A DNA stretch of 64,000 nt from Eledone cirrhosa (lineage: Eukaryota), in NCBI GenBank assembly GCA_964016885.1, contig OZ024740.1, forward strand, positions 301,320,001 through 301,384,000, written 5' to 3'. This document shows, one piece after another, positions 57,904-64,000 of this stretch. The stretch's first letter is position 1. Each line of letters opens with the position of its first letter. The notes under the pieces were generated by a model. It ran no database searches, was not told where the DNA came from, and worked only from the letters and a program-made list of their open reading frames with translations. The position numbers were made by a program, and so were the translations under genes.

Positions 57904-58027
57904 AATAGGAACCAGTAAGACCCCGACGGCTGAGCTCAAGCCGTTTCGCCGGCTAATTCTATCCAGAATTAGCCGTCGAATTAGCTGTCGAAACGGTTTG
58001 AGCTCAGCCGTCGGGGTCTTACTGGTT

Positions 58028-58032
<5 letters not shown>
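57904..58032. repeat. Near-perfect GC-rich hairpin (~125 bp)
   Basis: ATAGGAACCAGTAAGACCCCGACGGCTGAGCTCAAGCCGTTTCG / CGAAACGGTTTGAGCTCAGCCGTCGGGGTCTTACTGGTTCCTAT. Confidence 0.95.
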
Positions 58033-58070
<38 letters not shown>

Positions 58071-58178
58071 GCCTTCCAATTTCCTTTTACATTATATACA
58101 TGTTATATTTGAAAATTTTGAAATTATTTTTAAGTAAACATGACCCAACGGGTCACGGGTGGTCTAGTATGTACTAAT

Positions 58179-58227
<49 letters not shown>

Positions 58228-59926
58228 AAAAAAGGTTCGAAAAGGGCGCCTGGTATATATATGAAAAGGGTCTCTACAATATGTGTCTTTTGTTTATATG
58301 AATAAATAAACGACACATTAAATAAGAACTAACCGCACAGGACAACACCCCTCCTTAAATACATAATATATGCAAGGAATCTAGATATTTTTGTAATCAT
58401 TTACAATTAAACATTAATTAAGAACAGATTAAACGAGGGTTTTATTTTTGTAAACCTGCAGCAACACAGGTTATCTAAAAGAGGTTACATATATCGGTTA
58501 AATAACGCTTGAAAATGGGGAAATTATTCAGATCCGGTGACAAGAATAAAATTCCCCAGCTACATTATGGTGTATTTATTATAGCCGTCTTTAGCCATTT
58601 TACTACAACTGCGTGGTTTAAAGTATAGAAGAAACAAATATACTTTCAGAATTTCCCATGTTTAATTATTTGATGGAATTCAAATGTCTTTTTTTTTGTT
58701 TTCCTTGAAAATATTTTTTTCTTTCATTGGAAATAAAATATTTAAATGATTGGAATATGTTTGTTTATCTTGAAATTCTTGCAATTCATCTTTTAAATAC
58801 AGCCTGTACAATACATTAGCAACATGATTTTTGTAACCGCATATTATTAACTGGTTTTTCGTTCATTAACTCCAAATTGTCAGTTTGCTACATTCACGTT
58901 TAAATGTTGTCACATAATTATATTGTCTGGATGGTTTTCAAAGATTTTAATAATTTATATTGAATTTGATTCAAGGTTAATTGTTACAATTATTCACTGA
59001 TTATTGGTCATGTTAGCTTGTATTTATTTAATTTGAAAGGCATCCAGTCTCCAAAAACATTAGACACTTCGTTAACACTGTCAAATATTCTAGAAGAAAA
59101 GTCATTGGAACATGCAGAATTATTTGAAAGAATGGTGTAATGAATGTGATTTTAATGAAGAAGAAATTTGGTTTGGAAGTTTGTTAAACAAGTGGCCTCT
59201 AATTACAATCCTAATACAAGTACAAATGATGAGAGCGTATAAAATGCATCTGTACTTCAATATTAACAATAAGACAAAAAATGTGAGGGTGATCAAATTA
59301 TGCAAATATGGATTTTTTTATATTAATATCATTCGATGATTGTGTGTATCTACTTGATCCCTTTAACATATTATGAATCGACTGTAAACAAATAAACCAA
59401 ACTTGATATATGAGCGTAGGTGGACGACATAGTTGAATGTAGTTTTACTAACACGTTGCTAGGTGTATCTCTACATGAAGATCTCCACTTTTCTTCAAAT
59501 ATAATTTAGAAAACAAAAATTGCAAAGAGTATAATCCCGAGTTTAAATAACATAGTAATATTATTTGGAAGCATTATATATTTACTGAATAGTCTAGTAT
59601 GTTCATGATTTTTGAAACAACCCCTAATATCGTATCTCCTCATGATAACACAAGAAAATACACGGGATTTTAAGTATGACCATGGATACTTAAAGATTGA
59701 TAATTCTTAACCCTCAGAGTGCCAGCTACAGCGGTACTGCAGTCGTGATATGCAGAACTGTCACTTCTCCTCGTCCGACGTAGAGATCTACCATCACTTT
59801 GGGGTGGGTGAGATATGTCTTCTCTTGCGAAAATGATATAGCTTTTATTATGTATTTTGCCTCATTTCTCCCATGTCTCATGGTACTCTACTTTTTGGTT
59901 TTCAGAGGTTGGCAAGTCTGGCTATA

Positions 59927-60082
59927 TAATTGTTTCTACGTTTGGCACAAGGCCAGCAATATCCAGTGCATTACTGGTACTTTATTTTATCTACCCCTGT
60001 AAGGATGAAAGGCAAAGTTAACCTCGACAGGATTTGAATTCAGACCGTAAAGGGACGTAACTATGCTGGAAAGCATGGCGTC
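59927..60082 (-). mobile_element. 5'-truncated SINE copy
   Basis: Reverse complement of the SINE core and tail (TAATTGTTTCTACGTTTGGCACAAGGCCAGCAAT...). Confidence 0.9.
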
Positions 60083-61752
60083 TGATATAATGACTGAAGT
60101 TAAGCTTTAGAAAAGTAAGGTTGTTGATATTAACTCATATCCATCGGTTAAACTCATTTTAGATCATTGATAAATTTTAAAATATGGTGTTAGTGAATAG
60201 GCAAATTTTCTAAATCGGACACTTTAATGTATTTTCGTGTTTTATAATCATATGTCCGCTTTAAGACCATCTCGGTATGAACTATGAGTAATCTATGACT
60301 ATGTTGTTTTTTTCCGACAGGTCTTAATTGTAGGTTTGAAGATATATTTTCTTGTGGAACTATATTTGTTTGAATGGTTGAGATGTCCACATTTTAAACA
60401 TCATCTTCTGTTCAATATCTTTCAATTTGTGTTTAATTTTGATTTGCCGTGAGGCGCTGATTGCATTTTGTGTGGTAGTGCTTCATTGTTTTTGTTATGT
60501 TTCATATTTACATTGTTTTCCGTAACAAGTGTCTGCATATGTTGTCGATCAATTGTTCATTTATGTACGATGGATATATGGGATTGGTCTTCTATTGACG
60601 TATTTTTATTGAGTTCAAAGATATGTTTTTACGTGGTGACTGTTTTTATAGTTTCATTATATTTCGATGAGCCTCTCAATTTCAATTTGTTATCTTGTTG
60701 TTTATTGCAAACAGCCGCAAGTTTGAAATGCATATTCATTCATGTTTTTCATTTCGTCAATTAATTATTATTTCATAACTCATGTATCACATTTAGAGTG
60801 CTATTGCGTGAACTTGTGGCTACGAGAAATATGGAAGATTATATTATTGAGCCTCAAAATTTCTTTGTATGTTTGCTGTTTGTAGTTTATTTAATTATGT
60901 TATTTTAGCATCGATGGTATTCTTATAGCCGTTCTCACACGAAAACACATACTGCATGATCCACTCAACACGTTAACCATATTACTATTGTATTAATATA
61001 TTTACCTTATTTTGTACAGTGATGTGGTAATTGTATGTTTTTAGTACTCTGTCTACTAGTACTGTGAGACCTTCATATCTGCTCACTTCCCATGTGCCGT
61101 GTGTGACTGGAGTGACAGATTGTGATCATTTCTTTTGTTCCTACTGCTATATGGGTATCCCATGCTAATCATCTTCTTTACATACTCTGCATCCCTTTCA
61201 TCATTTCATCTTACATGCATGAGATAACACTCATCTGTTGCAATGAAGGAGTTACACAATATATGTGTCTCTCCTCCACCACATTCCCCCTCTCCTCCTC
61301 TTACTCTCCGTCTTCTTCCCCGTCTATCTACTTGACATTCTCGCCGCAGTTATCATGTCCCTCACATCCTCACCGTCGTCATCATCCTTATCGTCATCCA
61401 TTTTATTACACTACTCTTGATTGCTTCACGTGCGCTGCTTTATCTCTGTAGATGAGAATAATCAAATCACCTATTCCATAATAATCATTGATGATTCCTC
61501 TGTGTGAAGACTCATATGTACCAGATCCTTAACTATATCCCAATGAAAATTATTCTTCATTAGAATGAGAATATATGTTTTTTGTGAACAGTCGTTGAAT
61601 CCCTTCTGTACTGGTGTTAACATAAATTACAATACTGCTTTATATGAAAGTGGTGTAATTGAACTAAAATATTTCATAGTACATCGAGAGATAATTCAGC
61701 CTATTGACATATATATATGTATCTCTCTCTCTCTTTCTTTCTCTCTCTAGCT

Positions 61753-61881
<129 letters not shown>

Positions 61882-62149
61882 TATATATATATTAATATAT
61901 ATGGGGTGCGTGTACTCATATCAAATATATAGTTGAAAAGATAAGTTCTTTAGTTCCTTCGATGTATATGATTTTATCTGCTCTCTCTTCATGTCTGCCT
62001 TTACTACAGATTTCTCCATTTCTCTATCCAAAGCTATAAAACAAAATATTAAGCGACTTGGTAATTATTTACTAACATATATACATCATTGTCTACATAC
62101 ATTTTAGCTAATGTTACCTTATATACATACATATGTATATATATATATT

Positions 62150-62267
<118 letters not shown>

Positions 62268-64000
62268 AAAGGTAAAATTATATGCAAAAAAAAAAAATAT
62301 ATATATATATATATACACAGAGGTATCCACAGTAAGTTGAGGGTTCTATTCTGCATGAAGAAGTCGATGTAATCCATATGTTTAAAATGTTGTACGTTAA
62401 GATAAATCCCGGATAACAATAAAATATTAAAAGGAAAACAGTGTTAAAACAATTAAATAAAACATCAAGTCATTTGAGATATATTTCACTGCTTCACGAT
62501 TGTTCCTAGGTGATGATAATACATTGTAGCTGTACTCCGTTATTGATCTATGTAATTTTAGTTACAATATATCAGATAAAGAGAATATATATATACATAT
62601 ATATATATATAAAATGTAAAATTATGTGTAAAAAAAAAAAATAGAGAGAGAGAGAGAGAGAGTGAGACAGAAAGAAATGAGAGAAAGATTGTATGTTGTA
62701 ATATTAGTAGTTAATTCCCAATGTTAACCGTGATTGGATGACAGTATATTTATATAGTTAGCTTTAGTTATCTCACCGCCTAATTTCTTGGAGTATCGTG
62801 TTAAATGTGCCAACGTATAGTCGTATTTGCCATCTTTGCTAATACTTTCTACAACTAAATCTGATACTATTTTACCAATGTGTAGATAAAATTTATATTT
62901 TCTGCATTGGAGCTCTAACTAATGTTATTTATGTATATGTAATTACTTGACACTGCTATTAATTCTCGTTCGCTGATTGTAGGTTATAAGTAAATATGCA
63001 TATTTCAGAATTAATAACTCAACGATTTACGTAAGGAGAAGAATATGTGAAGTTCTAGTTTTTTTTTTGTATGAAACTATATTCGAAACAATGATGATGG
63101 CATTTGATATCGTAACATTAAAAATATAGGACGTGTGATATATGACATATACGCCCATATTCCCGGGTCTATTCCATACGTAATGTAAGAGTAAAGTTTA
63201 TGCAGCCATGTGTGGCCACTATGGCTTTGTATATCTTTTCCTATCGCTATACATTTATTAAAATGTCCGAGCAATTCTACTGATATTATTAATAGTAAGT
63301 CATTTTACCAATATTAATTTCATTTGCATTCATGCGAGGATATTTTAAAACTAAAGATTGAGGGAAATTACATTAGCGATTATATATGAATTTCCTTGTT
63401 AATTTCCTGTGAATTTCATATAAATTCATGTTGAACAAAAGCTTTGTGTCATTCAATGGACTTCGTTGCTTACTTCTAAGATGATCATTTATAGGGTTAC
63501 TCATTCTGGTTCAATGACTATTAAACTCACAACAGTATACTTTTTATTTTATATTGACAAGTTTCTTTAGTAATATCTCAAAGGAATTCTTGGAATTCTA
63601 TTTGCAATTGAAACACTATTTCATAAGAATAAAATAGACCGTTTAAATTATGCATGTATAAATCAATTAAACTGTTATAAATTGAAGCATACACAACATA
63701 GTATGACTGATGAGAACTAATTTACCTGCTCGTGATATATATGTCTTGATATTAACATTCTGTCATGATGATTTGAAATATTTATAATGGGATATTATTC
63801 ATAGTACAATATCTGTACAATATTGGGTCGTGTGACTGCAATATTTTATTTCGAATGTCTGAAAAAATATATGCATATATATATATAAACACTAATATGT
63901 GTTTGTTGTTTGAGTGTGTATGTATGTATATAGAAACCCACTCAGTATCCTCCACTCATCGATGACTACGTTGATAAGAGGTCTTCCTTGTTTTCGCAAC

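Larger units (their letters stand above)
50747..58167 (+). mobile_element. Putative internally deleted Helitron (~7.4 kb) with nested insertions
   Basis: Candidate 5' end A|TCTATATATGTGAATGC; Rep remnant inside; 3' hairpin TGACCC-AAC-GGGTCA (58141-58155) then CTAG|T (58164-58168). Linkage of the two ends is inferred. Confidence 0.6.

Noticed and set aside
59707-59760. piggyBac-like end TTAA-CCCT
   Set aside because: No matching opposite terminus or transposase was found.
63703-63750. HHR-like CTGATGAG...CTCGTGATATATATG
   Set aside because: GAAA core and UH site are absent and helix I is weak; at best a relic. Similar weak hits at ~8632, ~9737, ~10938, ~16923, ~28520, ~30810 and ~55140 were also not called.

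Overview
AT-rich, microsatellite-dense metazoan genomic DNA. The tRNA-derived SINE and the LINE tails resemble octopod cephalopod repeats, which is recognition from memory and not a search result. No confident host gene is present, and most ORF-track entries are microsatellite artefacts. The main discovery is that the 555-bp tandem array at 1-7579 (about 13.6 units, open at the window edge) carries one type-I hammerhead ribozyme (HHR) fold per unit. Each has CTGATGA and GAAA cores, a palindromic helix III and an unusually long helix II. A diverged solo copy at 17455-17885 (minus strand) shows compensatory base changes in those helices. This suggests a retrozyme-like array derived from the terminus of a Penelope-like element (PLE). 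At least five other unrelated HHR families occur in short fold-back elements beside (TA)n tracts, some linked to PLE GIY-YIG remnants. The window also holds a recent full-length Tx1-like LINE plus a truncated twin in (ATCT)n, a ~7.4-kb decayed Helitron with both putative termini, a Helentron/DINE-like element, six SINE copies, and CR1-like and RTE-like fragments.
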